Source: Octopus vulgaris (taxonomy: Eukaryota). From it: a stretch of 64,000 nucleotides of DNA. Every line of letters starts with the position of its first letter. Position 1 is the stretch's first letter. A program made the translations under genes and the position numbers. This document shows positions 22,176 to 37,593 of the stretch, piece after piece. The notes beneath the pieces are model-generated. The model made no database searches and had not been told where the DNA came from. It worked only from the letters and a program-made list of their open reading frames with translations. The DNA lies in the NCBI GenBank assembly GCA_951406725.2, contig OX597815.1, forward strand, positions 182,466,001-182,530,000, given 5' to 3'.

Positions 22176-22573
22176 TCTTTATATATAAAACTCAAGTTGT
22201 GTGTCTGTCTCCTACGATTTAGATTCCTAACTACTCCCACATTTTGCGGTGCAGTTTAACCAAAACCTGGTATCTTATAGTCGTGATTCATATCGAGCCC
22301 TTATGCGTATTAGCGCGCGTCTACGATGAGTCTACGATTTAAAAAAAAAATTACCATCATTTTTTTCCATTTTAATGCATTGTTTTCGCTATTATATAAG
22401 GGAAGTAACTCTCTAAAAATGTCTACGATAAGTCAACGATTTTTAAAATAAATTTACCATCATTTTTTTCCATTTTTAATGCAATTTTTGCTATGTTTTG
22501 GCTATAACTCTCTAAAAATGCTTATACAGTTATTTCCTTTACAAAACCGAGCAACGCCGGGCGATACTGCTAG
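22176..22573 (+). mobile_element. Non-autonomous Helitron
   Basis: A|TC 5' end (tctttatatataaaa), subterminal GC hairpin ccgagcaacgccggg, CTAG|T 3' end; internal ~110-bp duplication. Confidence 0.85.
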
Positions 22574-23202
22574 TATTATATAAAAATATAAAGAATATAT
22601 ACATGTGTAAGTAGGTATTTGTATGAGTGAAAATACACGTTGTGTAGGTTGCCGTTCTAATATTACAATGATGTTTGGTTATCATTGGTAAGCTAAATTA
22701 GACAAAAGATCGTGGATTGCTTTCCGTTGTCACCGCACCAATATACGCAGAAGTTCACATAGATATATCACGAACTTCCCAGAGAAAAAAGAAAAGCATT
22801 GCACGCATTCTTTTAGATATGCCACCAAACATGCTTCCAATCCAAAGAATATAATGTTTTCAAGCGGCCTCTCTTTTCCTTGATCCGTCCATAAGCTTCT
22901 GTTATCCTCTATTCTTCAAAAATGCTATATGTTCCTCCATTTCAGCTAGAATCAGGGTGAGCGAACTATCACGAAAAACTTTGAGAAGGCTGTTAATATG
23001 CCACAGAATAATCAGACATGTGTATATGGTAAACACATACATGTATTATAATTCAGGGTTAGGAGTCATTCTTCAGAAAACATACGTAGAAATAGACGCC
23101 GGTTGCTGATGTTTTCTGCTTTGTAGTGTGTGTGTGCGTGTATTCTCACTCATGTATATTTCAGTATTGAAAAAATGTATTGAGAAAGTGTGTGTGTGCG
23201 TG

Positions 23203-23241
<39 letters not shown>

Positions 23242-23256
23242 CTATATGTCCATATG

Positions 23257-23312
23257 GAGGCACGTGGCTTGCTGGTTGAGGCAAATCCTCGTCGTCGTAA
23301 CCGAAGGAATGC
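23257..23312 (+). mobile_element. Internally deleted SINE family C (head joined to tail)
   Basis: ggaggcacgtggc... joined to cctcgtcgtcgtaaccga. Confidence 0.5.
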
Positions 23313-23313
23313 T

Positions 23314-23368
<55 letters not shown>

Positions 23369-23605
23369 GGGTATTACTATCCAGAAAATCCAAAGTCGCA
23401 GGTAAGACGATGTTCGTGGCATAGAAAGACCGTAGTGAAATTCTCTCTTTGATAATAATACCAGTGAGAAGTCTAATGTGGGTCTTTATTTAACACTCGC
23501 ACACAGTCGCACACACACACAGAGATTTGGAAAAAGAGTTATTGAAACCGACGAAGTTTCAGTAAGAATATAAGTGCATCTTTTTCCTGACTTGTTGTCT
23601 CTTAC

Positions 23606-23647
<42 letters not shown>

Positions 23648-24590
23648 ATACTATAGTATAGTATAATATAGCATAGTATAGTTGAATATTCGCTCTCTTA
23701 TCCAGTATTGTGGTTTTCTACTTCAGAAAACTAGGAACGTGAAAATAGATGGCCATCAGTGAAAGTCAGACCACCGAATAAAAATATAAACTTTATTTCT
23801 TCTGCGCACTTTTCTCATGCTTCCTATCGTCATTATGTGTCTGACAAATTACTCCACTTATTTTACAATCCATTGCGCATTCTTTGTGTAAGCTCTCACA
23901 CCAAAAGAAGTGAGAAAAAAATGGAATAAATAATGTTTCAGAAAAAACCTACAACTGCATCAATTACCTGGATATCCTGCGGCCACCAAAAGACGATTTC
24001 ACATTCTGTTACGTTTCGGTGTGGTTTTTCAAAATCTTTGCAATCATTGCGTTAATTATGACTTGCTCCACTATAACTCCATATCCTTTTCAGTTAGTTT
24101 CACCTGCATTTCTGAAATTGCTGGAATACTTTCTAGTCATCTGATTGACAATATAACTAAAAAAAATGCTGCATATACTATGCATAACTATTCCTTTTGC
24201 TTGCATATCATTAGTGTCGTGTATCGAACTTTGCTACAAAAATACAATCTTATGTTTGATACGGGGAATGCAAAAGTGATATATGAGAAAACCCATTCAT
24301 CGTTATATATGTGTTTTGGAGTGTGTATGGGTGTGTGTTAAGCGGGTAGTAAAAATAGAAATACCAAACATGTGTATACATGCAAAGCACACATATATAT
24401 AGATATATAGTGAGTCAAATGACTTACAATTGCATCTTTTCTCTGACTTGTGGTCTCTTACATGACTCACGTAAATATGAATATACTTATATAAATATAT
24501 ATATATGCGCTGTATCAGCATGGCCTCAGCGTCTGGCTGAAACCCGTAAAAGATAAAACATTTACATATGTATGTATGTAAGTATGTATG

Positions 24591-24659
<69 letters not shown>

Positions 24660-24670
<11 letters not shown>

Positions 24671-24887
24671 TGTGTCAGTGTTTGTCCCCCTAGCATTGCT
24701 TGACAACCGATGCTGGTGTGTTTATGTCCCCGTCACTTAGCGGTTCGACAAAAAGAGACCGATAGAATAAGTACTGGGCTTACAAAGAATAAGTCCCGGG
24801 GTCGATTTGCTCGACTAAAGGCGGTGCTCCAGCATGGCCGCAGTCAAATGACTGAAACAAGTAAAACAGTAAAAGAGTAAAAGAGTA
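24660..24887 (+). mobile_element. SINE family B 3' half
   Basis: tttgtccccctagcattgcttgac ... gactgaaacaagtaaaa. Confidence 0.85.
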
Positions 24888-24954
24888 TACATACATACAT
24901 ACATACATACATACATACATACATACATACATACATACATACTTACATATATTT

Positions 24955-25090
24955 TTATTTTCTCTCCCTGTTTCTGTGTTTCTGTCGAAGAGCGTTGGCT
25001 CGAAACGTAAAAGACTTTCTCACTTCCCGAGCGTTAAACTAATACATCTGTTTGTTGTTTACACACTCATCTCCGTCTTTTGTTTTATCG
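24955..25090 (+). mobile_element. Short repeat with CTGTNGA hammerhead-like motif (copy 1; motif 24978-25013)
   Basis: ttt-CTGTCGA-a-gagc-gttg-gctc-GAAA-cg-TA-aaag; homologous to 41620-41790 and 59820-60000. Confidence 0.65.
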
Positions 25091-26279
25091 ACGATTATAA
25101 AGTGCATATACATGAGAGTGCGTTATTCGTGTGTGCGTGTGTTTCTGTATGCGTGATTCAAGAAACTAATGATGTATTACGTCGGCAAAAATTATAAGGA
25201 ACTTCGTTATTTTGGATATGACTTCATGTTGTGATGACAATATTACTCTAACAACTGCGGGTCGACTCTTCCTTTTGTAAGAAAATAATATTTCAGTACT
25301 GAGAAAACGTAACGATAAAACAGGAGCGAGAAGCGAAAGGTTAAACTTAAGAAATGATTGTCAGTATTGTATTAAATAAAAGAAAATGTATTAAAAAAAT
25401 TGATTTTGTAGTGTCACATTTGTAACAATGAATATAATTGAATGCGTTTCTAAATCGGTTTTTATTGTTACAAGATTCACATTTATGTTTAAGTAAGTGT
25501 CGACTTAGCGAAAATAATTCTAGCATTATATCGGGAGACGACCTTGGAGAATGCTGAATTTCGCCTGAGGTGTATTGGCAATCCACATAACTGGAACGAT
25601 TAGGAATAGGAGGTATCATCTGTTGGTAGAGAATTAGTGGCAGGAATGAAAAAAGGGAGCAGCAATATATATAATCTACAAAAAGTATGTATTCATTAGA
25701 TTTTACGAACAGGCGAATCGTCTATGTAGATATATGGACGATGCAATTCCAAGCATGAAGATACGTATTGCTTTCCTATCACAATTCCCTAATGTCAATA
25801 TTTAGATATATCCATGCCGTTATTATTTGTTTATTTACATTTCTTCATTACTTTGTCATTGGCTTCGATTTGTTTTATTTTTCGTATTCCTAATGTCCTC
25901 ACAAAAAGACATGAATACACTCTATACCGGATACATTCGAACGTGCATATATAATCACATCAATGGCATCCAAGTCTCTTTCGCCCATCCATTTAAATCT
26001 ACGCACCACCATTCCTTTACTATTTTGCTCATTGTTATCGTTTTGTTTTTTTTATAATTTCTTGTGTCCTTTGCGTTTCCTGCTCACACCCACCCACCTC
26101 CCTTCGCATTCCTCCTCAAAAGATTTGATAGTCGCAGACATTGAATAGTGTACGTAAATACTGATATTTGACATGACTCAGTCCTTTAAATATCTTCTGA
26201 AGACTGTTTCTATAGAATCTTTTCAAATTTAAACGTTTCTTTAAACAAACATCTTTGAAATTGAATTGTTTATTGTTTA

Positions 26280-26338
<59 letters not shown>

Positions 26339-26769
26339 ATATGAAAGCAAATATTAGAATAATCTAATAGCATTAACATTGTTGTTTCTGATCTAACACT
26401 TGTCATTCTGTCCATAATGAAATAGCCATAAAATGGTAGCAAGAAGTAGCCAACGAACTGCAAGATACGTATTTTTCTTTTGTTTTTTATGAAGCCTTAG
26501 CAAATTACCACTTGTTACTCGTAATCACAGGAAAAGCGATGTACCGCTGTACCGTAGGTAGATACAGTTATCTTTTCTTTGATGAAGTCTTCGTAAATGT
26601 TTTGTCGTAGAAGATACTGCATATTTTTACTAATGCAGTAATATTATTGGCTACAACGTCTGAACAAGGGCAACAAAGATTCACGGGAGTAGCCCGACAA
26701 CTCACTACCTTCTGAAAAGGTCTGAACTTGATCTGTAATGGAGCTACTTGAATAATGGCAACAATTTCT

Positions 26770-26990
26770 AATACCGTTTCAAACTTTGCCACATGACCAG
26801 TAATTTCAGGGAAGAGGAAGGGATTAACTAGATTAACTTGACTCCATTGTCCAACTGGTACTAATTATATCGAGTCGATAAGGTTGAGAAGCAAAGCCGA
26901 CCTAGGCAGAATTTGAACTCTTAACGCAAAGACGGACGAAATACTTCTAAGCATTTTGGCCAACATGGAAAACGATTTTGCCAGCTCGCC
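26770..26990 (-). mobile_element. Degenerate SINE family A
   Basis: gcagaatttgaactc, gacgaaatac, gccagctcgcc. Confidence 0.7.
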
Positions 26991-27278
26991 GACTGGTAAA
27001 GATTTCTGATATTGGTAGGTGTTTATACGTTTTGGAGAATACATCAGCATCGTTATAGACATGCTGACGGCCTTACTTGGTTAACTATGGTTTACCGTCG
27101 AATATAATTCAATCCTCTGAACTTGAGCTCAGATATTACCTCTAATAAAATAATTTGCAAATAGCAAAGGACTCTCATTCTGTTATAAAAAACAATGATT
27201 TGTGCTCTAGTTTCTTTGATGACTTTTCTGCAGACTACGCCCTCCCAGAGAGTTATGTCTGCAGAATGTCAAATGAAA

Positions 27279-27520
27279 AGGCGGTGAGCTAGCAGAAACG
27301 TTAGCTCGCCAGGCGAAATGCTTAGCGGGTATTTCGTCTGCCGCTACGTTCTGAGTTCAAATTCCGCCGAGGTCGACTTTGCCTTTCATCCTTTCGGGGT
27401 CGATAAATTAAGTACCAGTTATGCACTGGGGTCGATCTAATCGACTTAATCCCTTTGTCTGTCCTTGTTTGTCCCCTCTATGTTTAGCCCCTTGTGCGCA
27501 ATAAAGAAATAAGAAATAAG
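27279..27520 (+). mobile_element. SINE family A monomer
   Basis: ggcggtgagctagcagaaacg ... aagaaataagaaataag; flanked by direct repeat agaatgtcaaatgaaaa (TSD). Confidence 0.92.
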
Positions 27521-28599
27521 AATGTCAAATGAAAATATTAAACGCATATTTTATAATCGTTTTTTAATTGTATCTCCACGTACTTAATTCCTTGCTCATG
27601 TTTTCCACAATCTCTCAACTTATAAAAAATTCAATGCCTGACATATCAATCTTGCCCGGTTATTTTATTCTGTTCCTATGAAGCAAATGTTGTGGCAATA
27701 TATGGCTAATTAAAGTAAGAGCTGTCACAGACGAAATATTATGTGAGACATTATTGTTATTCGTGGAACTGATCAATAAATGCCGTCTTAAATTCAAGAA
27801 ACAAATTAGTAGCCTCAATTTATCACCTGGGACAGTTATCGTTAGTAGGTAATACTGCATGGGCAGTGAGGCTGATAATATCTAAGTAACGATACCTACA
27901 TCTGTATGAGCGTCTCCAACAATACAATCAATTGCAAAGCGGACAAATAAATTCGTATAAAAACAAAGAAAATCAAATTGACATCAGCATTTAAAATTTC
28001 AACAAAGCAGACCGACGTATTTCTATATTTAAAACAAATACAAAGATGTCCGATGCCAAGATCAGAAAACATTCATAAATCACCAGGAGTTTCAGTGTTA
28101 CAAATCAATAACAGATCGAACAGTCAATCAAACCACCTAGTAACCATCTGGGAATATGTTTCCTTTTCACCTATACTGTGACGTTTCGTCAAGATACTTT
28201 ACACTTGCTTGTTCGGTCGTCGCACTGAATAGTAAAATTGTAAATAATTAGCTTGATAAATTTCAGTTTAACGTAATACGCATGGGAAATAAAGCATAAT
28301 AGACGGGTGTCTCAACAGATGAGAATATTTAATTGAATTTTTATCATATCTATACGCCAGAGATCGGCCGCAGGCAGTCTGGACTTGCTTTGATATAAAA
28401 CATGACGAGAAAGTCGTCAATACTCTTTTAAGTGTCTAACGCTATATGGGTCTCTTAGTTACTTCATTTCAATGGAAAATATTATTTGGTGTTAATTGGT
28501 AAAAAAAATATTGGTGAGTGGTGAGGTAGAAATCTAGACGAGGAAATTAATAGATAGAAAATAAGGAATATTAAGATTGTTAAAGTAAAACAAAGTAAT

Positions 28600-28921
<322 letters not shown>

Positions 28922-29239
28922 ATATACGCAATAATTTTAACGCAATTCTGTGAATTGAAAGAAAAATAAGAGATAGCAAAGTAAATGTCACGGTTCGTTA
29001 ACCATGAAGTTTACAAAGAATTTACAGCTAAAACATGTTTATCACAGAAATGAAGATCTTAGCATTTATCGTATTATTCAAGCAATTACTTGAGGCTTAT
29101 CATTGAGATGGCGATTTCAAGAAAGTCTTGAAATTTTAGTGAACGTAGGAATACATTTATAGGAGTAGTAATGGAATATTAAATTTTTTTTAAATAAAAC
29201 TAGATTAATCTTCAAGATATCCGTGGAATTATTATATCT

Positions 29240-29450
29240 TGGTTTCCAATTTTCGCACAAGGCCAGCAATTTGAGTGGGGAGCTAAGTCGAGTACATTGG
29301 TCACAGTGCACAACTGGTATTCATTTTATCGATCTCCATAGTGTGAAAGGTAAAGTCAACCTCGGCAGAATTTGAACTCAACGTAAAGACAGACGAAATA
29401 CCGCTGAGCGTTTTATCCGGCGTGCTACCGATCCTGCCAGCTCGCCTCCT
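29240..29450 (-). mobile_element. SINE family A (older subfamily)
   Basis: Reverse-complement match. Confidence 0.75.
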
Positions 29451-30444
29451 TATATAATTAATATATAATTATTATATATTGATCAATCGGATTTTAAAGA
29501 ACCATTCTAAAATATCAATGCACTAGCTGACAGGTGAGAATTCAAGGAACTCTTATATAATTGTGCACTCTTATATACTCGTTTATGTGTATATATATAT
29601 GTGTGTGTGCGTGTGTGTGTGTGTGTGCGTGCGTGTGTGTACGTGTGTATGTGTGTGTGCGTACGAATATATTCGGGTATATACAATCATGTACCTGTTT
29701 ATTACTAATACAATCGTATTCTTTCTATCTCTTTTTCTTCTTTCTTTATTACACTCCTTTATTCTCTTTCCGGTGATTAATATTTTCTTTAAAGTTACTC
29801 CAGGTATGCCAATCCCATTTAATTGATAATACCCTGGGTTATGATACACAATTTCGATAATGTTTTACTTTCTCGAGCAGACAACTGCCTGAATATAAAG
29901 GCTAATTAACAAATCCAACTTCTAAACTTATCTTCTCAACTAACACATTAATACCATCATTTTTGTTATTTTTTATTTGCATTTATAACTGATATTCGTC
30001 TTCTAAGAACATTAAACCTACTCATTAAATTATCTGTATCTCTTTAGAAAGGTGAATTCGTCCAAATCCTGCTCGTATTAATTTATTCATCAATATCACG
30101 ATGAAATACTTATTGATGTCTTGTGATAATACCGAATACTGCGTGATTAGTTTCTCTCATATAAGCACTTAGTGCATAAAGGCACACATATAGATCAAAG
30201 ATGGTGAGAATCGTCTGTCATGGCCGCCGGGACTCATATCACGTGATTTCATTCTTCTGGGAAAACATCAGTAGAAGGCGTTCGGTCACTGCACGCCAGT
30301 CAAATCTTACTGCAACGATATATAGAAGATCAGCATCTCTTCTCTCACTGGTATAACAAATAGCCGTTAAAAGTTGGTTGTTAGCGAGGAGAGCAATATG
30401 ACGACAAAACTGTAACTCTTGTATCCATCTTAACATAGATGACT

Positions 30445-30723
30445 TGTTAGAACACCGAATACTTCATTCTAGTCCTGGAGAGATTCTCTCATATAGAAGT
30501 TTGGTACATAAAAACACACAAACTAACTGGTATGTGGTGACAGGACGCCCAATGCCGATGATTACCAATAGAATGGAATCACTGGAATCACGTGATACTG
30601 GAATTTTGGGGCCAGTGACAAACGATTCTGGTCTGCTACGATCTATGTTTGTCTTTTTATGCACCAAGTACCTGTATCAGAGGATCTCTCAAGGAAAACA
30701 GCGCAGTATTCGACGTTTTAACA
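30445..30723. mobile_element. Palindromic MITE
   Basis: TIR tgttagaacaccgaatact / agtattcgacgttttaaca (16/19) and internal inverted segments ~30470-30520 vs ~30645-30695. Confidence 0.7.
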
Positions 30724-30998
30724 GGACATCCATGTGAATTTGGACATGAAAATTACCTTTTGATATTAGTACCGCTTCCGTCGTTAATAATTAACTTTTC
30801 ATGAAATTTACAATATGCATTGTATATTATAAAAACAATAGTTAATGATTACACGTATTCATGTTTTTCAACTTAAGTGACTTATCGAACCCATATGTTC
30901 TTGAAATAGCTGTGGCCAAAGAGTAAATGTGATACCAGTGCCACCATTGTTTATTAAGAAGCAATGGAGCTAAACCAGTATCTATATCGTGCCATATA

Positions 30999-31231
30999 GG
31001 GCGGTGAGCTGGCAGAAACGTTAGCGCGCCGGGCGAAATGCTTAGCAGTATTTCGTCTGTCGTTACGTTCTGAGTTCAAATTCCGCCGAGGTCGACTTTG
31101 CCTTTCATCCTTTCGGGGTCGATAAATAAAGTACCAGTTTCGCACTGGGGTCGATGTTATCGACTTAATCCCTTTGTCTGTCCTTGTTTGTCCCCTCTAT
31201 GTTTAGCCCCTTGTGGGTAGTAAAGAAATAT
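30999..31231 (+). mobile_element. SINE family A monomer, young
   Basis: Near-consensus; TSD tatatcgtgccatat on both sides. Confidence 0.95.
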
Positions 31232-32019
31232 ATATCGTGCCATATCAAAATTGAAAACAACTACATTACAAGGCAAAGAGAAACAAATTAAAGTCCCCAC
31301 TTTACCTAGAAGTGAAATCTTTAACTAATTTTTCTTAATCTGTTTCTACTTATTTCTATTTTCATTAAGAAATCGGATCAATAAAACGATCAATTATTGT
31401 ACATGTAACAGAAAAATCACAAAAGCTCGGAAATCATTTGCAATGGATGATGTCCAGCTTCAGACCTTCTGTCTTTAGTCATCAATTCATCACTTTATAT
31501 GGAAGAATATAGAACTAAACAGTTCTGCTTAAGTTAACATATGTAACAAATGACAGGACACATTTAAAATAGTCTAAGCCACAGCTCAAATAATTACAAC
31601 TGAACCTCATATAAAATACTTGGAGTTACATGTATCTAATGACATTCAGCTTACGAAGATGAAAATGACGATCTATCATAATTGTAATCTCTATCCTATG
31701 TATAATAAATTGGCTGTTTAGTGAAGAGGTGTTAGGATCCTGAAGGTGATTAGAAAGGTTTATTCTCCTCGAAATAAATAACTACTGCAGAATGACATCT
31801 GGTATATCGATGTGTGCATGCATATGTATTAATATTTAATATAAATGTGCGGGTGTGCATGTGTGTGTGTATGCGTGTGTGTGTCTATGCGAATTCATGT
31901 GTGTGTGTGCGTGTGAAAACGAATACATATATAACGTATATACATGCACATACTCACATGCATACATACATATACCATATCATATTTATAAATGTATATG
32001 TGTGTGCGTATGTGTATAC

Positions 32020-32051
<32 letters not shown>

Positions 32052-32066
32052 ATATATATGCATATA

Positions 32067-32107
<41 letters not shown>

Positions 32108-32817
32108 TTTCATCAGATATGTATCTACATTGACTATGAAACGGTCATTAGGACATATAAGAACAGAAAATATTCTTCCTAAACTGTGCATCGCGATACT
32201 CCGAATCAATTCACAAATTACAATCACTTGCGGCAGTGGATATCATTGCTAACCTTAATTAGAAGACACAGGAATTGCTTCAAGTAAGCAAAATTCTATT
32301 TTCTGGATAAACTTACAAAATAAGTAATGATGTGTATTAAGCATAGAAGAGGTGAGAAAATAACTTGTTAATATAAATATAAATCTGTCAAGGAGTAAAT
32401 GGCGATAAAGGTTTCGTTTTAATGCCTTAATCAATTCTTAGCTTAACGTTTGTATGAGAAAAAGTCAATAAGATTGTGAGTGCTCAATGTTTCAACCTCC
32501 CTTCTGAATTAATTTTGAAAGATATAATTTGATAGACTGATACGTAATAGGTAAGTTTACTCCAGGCTAAATAGATAACTTACTGATCTTCCGACTCTCT
32601 ATTTCTTAGTTCTTTAGTTCTATTTATTTATTTATTTATTTTTGTCATTCCATTACTGAGAATAAAAGAATATATTAAGTAATTAACACATTGACTAGAA
32701 TAAAATGAGATAATGGACAATCGCGAATGTCAGTGATTTAGAAGTATATTTAATTAGGAACAAATAGCTATTGTAGTAAATTAAAATTAAATGACTTGAA
32801 CTATAATATATCATGGT

Positions 32818-33170
32818 GGAGGCGCAATGGCCCAGTGGTTAGGGCAGCGGACTCGCGGTCATAGGATCGCGGTTTCGATTCCCAGACCGGGCATTGTGAG
32901 TGTTTATTGAGCGAAAACACCTAAAAGCTCCACGAGAGACTCCGGCAGGGGATGGTGGTGATCCCTCCTGTACTCTTTCACCACAACTTTCTCTCACTCT
33001 TACTTCCTGTTTCTGTTGTACCTGTGTCACGCTGAATATCCCCGAGAACTTCGTTAAGGGTGCACGTGTCTGTGGAGTGCTCAGCCACTTACACGTTAAT
33101 TTCACGAGCAGGCTGTTCCGTTGATTCGGATCAACCGGAACTCTCATCGTCGTAACCGACGGTGTGCTTC
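32818..33170 (+). mobile_element. SINE family C (tRNA-Arg-like head)
   Basis: ggaggcgcaatggcccagtggttagggcagcggacTCGcggtc..ggtttcgattccc; tail cgtcgtaaccgacgg. Confidence 0.9.
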
Positions 33171-33313
33171 TAAAGACTGTATCATAAAAGATGATTTTTC
33201 AACTATTCTGCTATCATCACGAAAACAGTAATTTTCTTGCATATTTATAAAAGTTGTATATGAACTGAAACATTTATCAATATACATACATGCATATATA
33301 CATACATACATAC

Positions 33314-33384
<71 letters not shown>

Positions 33385-33562
33385 ATAAAATACAAAATGG
33401 AAAAGAACGCAAAATATCTGGGCAACTAGGTGATACAAAAGGGGACAATAAAAGATCCAGATAGACGAAACAAAAACAAACATGGACGGGTCATTCGAAG
33501 CCTTTTATCTTCAGTCAAGAACCGGATCATCCTCGCAATTTCGGCTGATTAATCTTGATTAA

Positions 33563-33610
<48 letters not shown>

Positions 33611-33909
33611 TTCAGTGCATCTCAGAACCTAATAATAATCTACAGAATTAGAACCGGAAGTCTTCTGTTTGCTGAAAGTGCTTCATTTGATTCTGTGCAT
33701 TTAACTTTTTTTACATGATTGGATCTGTGAAACTGTAACATTAAACTGAGCTTCTAGTCAGTGGGTTAATTAGTTAATATATATACTTTCCTTCTTTTAT
33801 AATCATTCATGTGTGTAGGTATGTTCTTAATGATCGTTCAGCGGAAAGTCTCGCTCATGAGGTTTATGTGAGTATATATGTATGTATGAACGTGTGTCTG
33901 TTCTTGTAT

Positions 33910-33989
<80 letters not shown>

Positions 33990-35229
33990 GTGTGTGTGTG
34001 TATGCATGCATATATCTATATATTTTATACATAAGCATATATATATATATGTGTGTGTGTGTGCTTGTGAGTGTACCCCCACACACACACACATTCATAC
34101 ATAAATACGTACATGCATAATTATTTACATACATACTCACACACTCACACACCCACACACACATATTCGCATAAATATATGTTATAGCTTAAATATTTTT
34201 TATTATTATTTATGATAAACAGGATGTGTGATTGATATATCAAAGTATGAAATGAGTGTTTTAAACGCTGATAACATTTCAACCGAATTGCCGACTGTTA
34301 AACTAAAGAAGATCTAATGAAAATTTCAAAATGTTTCAAATTCAACATCAACAGCTTCATTAAGAGATGCACAATTAGTTTCTCCAGCCTTTGATTATGT
34401 ACTCATCTTGTTCACTTAACAGATTCGTCACTCACTACAATTTTTAAAACGTCATTCGATTATTTCCGATGATTTTGGCCTTAATTCTACTGCGTCGCGT
34501 TGTTGGATTCCAAAAATTTTAACTTCAATAATCCCTAGGCTCGAAATTTCATTACGATTTCTGCATATTTTAATAAAATTTCCCTTATTTTTTTCTTAAC
34601 CATTTCGGAATCATATTTCATACTATTCTATGAACAGCTTTAAGCATTGCCTCACCAATCACATTACTACAATGTTTGATTCGAAAATTATGAAGATAAT
34701 TGCATATTTATGCATAACGTTTTAAAAGTGAAGTATGTGGAAATAATATTTTGCTGCAGTCGTTGAAGTTATTTAACATATAGAGAGAAATAAGCAAAAC
34801 TCTATTTAAGAAATGTCATAACTACTTACACATTGCCTTGATATTTCGCATTAATACAAACCACTTTATATTTGTATGTTATATTTATAAGATAAACAAG
34901 TTACAATGAATGACAAAATTTCTTTAGATGATGATATACTTTCGTTTTGCAACTAACATCAATTGCTTCTGTGTAATGCTCTTAATAGAAGTAGCTTAAA
35001 ATGTTATGTAGTAAATATGCTGACCTACGAAATATATCATGTTGCATACAATTATAATGTTTCCTCTTGTACTAACTCTTATTTTCATGCGATACTATTC
35101 CAATTTTTTCATTAAACAAAATATCTTGAGAAAGGGTTAACCAAACATACAAAAATGCACACATATGGAAGTTTTTGAGATAATGCTGTGTTAGTGATTT
35201 TACTGTAGCAAAACGAAAATGCTTTGGTC

Positions 35230-35300
35230 GTCTGTTTCTAGAAACTCCTTTATACCGATGACCTAGATCTCATAGCTGAATCAGTCGAGGGATTTATTTT
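35230..35300 (+). pseudogene. Tiny RTE-like RT relic
   Basis: Translates KLLYTDDLDLIAESVEG, resembling the ELLYADDL.LIAES motif. Confidence 0.55.
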
Positions 35301-36461
35301 CTTTTCTAAGCATTAATTATATACTAATAAATACTATCGACCTACGTTACCCCTATACATTAAGGAGTAATAACAAATCAACGAGAGAGACTGGACATGG
35401 ACGTCTAAATAGATACAAATAGCAATTGTCTTCCAAATTATATAAACGAAAGTGTATATTAGACAACGTAATCTTAGAACAAAAGATGCTATGCTCGCCA
35501 CTGCAATACACATGGCTGTTCAAGAGTTAAATAGCAATATTGCCAACAATAACAGTAATAATACGACTAATTCTAAAATTATAAATATGAATAGTGAGAA
35601 TAACACTTATGTAATTAATGCCAATGAATAGAAAAGAACGCATTAAAACTTAAGCTTCTAAATGTGGTGAATAAAATATAACCAACAACCGTTATAAGAA
35701 CATAAGATAAATTTGTATTTCATGTTAAGTATATGATAATGATAAGTTTCAACAATGATGATTGGCTGGCCTTCTCTATTGAGATGTTGCTTTATCGTCG
35801 TCAGTAACTTTCTAGATTTGCACGAGGTATTACATTTATAACATAACAAAGTAGTCTACTTTGGAACACACCTTCCAGTCACGTAATGTCTTTCAAGACA
35901 TATGCTGCGGTGATATGTGACAAAAAATTTCGTTTAACACTTACGAGCACTCATACGCTATGCGCATACACGTACACACTTGAAAGTAGACATACATATC
36001 TAGATGCATGTACATACATACATACATGTATGTATGTGTATTTATGTATTTATGCATGTATGAATGCATGTATGTATTGTATCTTGTTGAACACAACTAT
36101 AATGCTTCCTATAATACTAACTCTTATTGTCATGCCATACAATTCCTATTTTCTTTATTAAACGAAATATCTTGAGAAAGGGTTAATCAAACATTAGATA
36201 TACACGTACGTGGAATAAATTCAACAATACTGTTTATAAGCTTATCTTTGAAATCATTGGAAAGAGTATTTCTAACTGTATGGCCGCACATTAGAAAAAA
36301 AGACAAAAACAGTTAGTATTGTTTGATTTATTACACTTATGTTTTTTCGTTATGTATTTGTTATTCTGCTACCAGAATTAAGAAATTATTAACAATTGCT
36401 TTACGTCAATACTTTCTTCCAACTTTTTGGCTGAGATCAAAGTGTAGTATATATATATACA

Positions 36462-36484
36462 TACAGACAGACAGAAAGACAAAT

Positions 36485-36556
<72 letters not shown>

Positions 36557-36640
36557 TAGGTAGGTATGTAGGTAGGTAGGTAGGTAGGTAGGCAGGCAGG
36601 TAGGTAGGTAGTTGGTGGATAAATAGATAGATAAAGACAA

Positions 36641-36702
<62 letters not shown>
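36462..36702. repeat. Compound (AGAT)n/(AGGT)n/(AGAC)n microsatellite
   Basis: Direct reading. Confidence 0.95.
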
Positions 36703-37593
36703 TCAAAAAGTAATTCTTTCCCTCAAATATGATTCGTCTGTTTTTAGCCCTGAGATAACTGCGTAAAATTCTTCCCAAGGAAATAGCGCTAGAAAACGTT
36801 AACGCTGATAATTTTGTATTCTATTCACTATACAAATATTTCCCACAGAAACTCAATGACGTCTGATTTTATGATATTGCACGTATCTGGTTTCTAGTTA
36901 ATCAGTCGCAAATCATAATATATAAAATTTTATTATGTGTCGCATTTAATGTAAGCCCCTAAGTATAGTAAAGAAAAAAGTTATCACTGAATACCATAAT
37001 AAATATATTAAATTTTTCCTTGGGTAGTGATTTGAGAGAAATTGTGTTGTGTCACTGGTATTACTGGATATACATTTATTTTCCTGTCTCCTACGGCCAA
37101 CATTTGAATTTAAACATTAGTATGAAAGGAAGGTTAACAGATGGTTTGGTGCTTGCTTCGGTATTAGTATATTCTACTACTTTATAAAGCGATGGTTCTC
37201 TTCAATATATTTAACTATGGATATAACGAAAATTATATCTTAGATATTAGATTCACCATGGAAAGTTTGTCTTATTTACGAATATACTACTAAGGATAAC
37301 AGATTGAGCAATCTAAGTTGTATTTATCTTGTTCGGAATAAATACTACTTTGTGTAGCAATTTAGTAATGGGATTTAAAGTGATAAAAATGACGAGGATA
37401 ATAGGGTTGATGATATCTAGATGTGTGATATTTCTCGAATATATGAATAGGAAAAGAATAGAGTAACATGTTAACTTAGAAGCTTGAAGTATTCCCCGTG
37501 CTCAATGATGAAAAGAAAATATATGACTCCCATAATATTGTTTCCCTTACCATACACATATTTCTAGTCAGTTTTTAATATTTTCTGTATATA

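Noticed and set aside
25347-26792. Possible host exons on the minus strand (after ctaccaacag at ~25620 and ccattacag at ~26733)
   Set aside because: Acceptor-like sites exist but there is no recognisable protein similarity or donor chain; needs RNA-seq
32818-32890. tRNA-Arg(TCG)-like sequence
   Set aside because: It is a SINE head present in several copies and continues into the SINE body, with no acceptor stem
33380-33560. pLTR-like repeat with cagccGAAA on the minus strand
   Set aside because: The upstream core box is missing (truncated at the AT tract), so no ribozyme can be called
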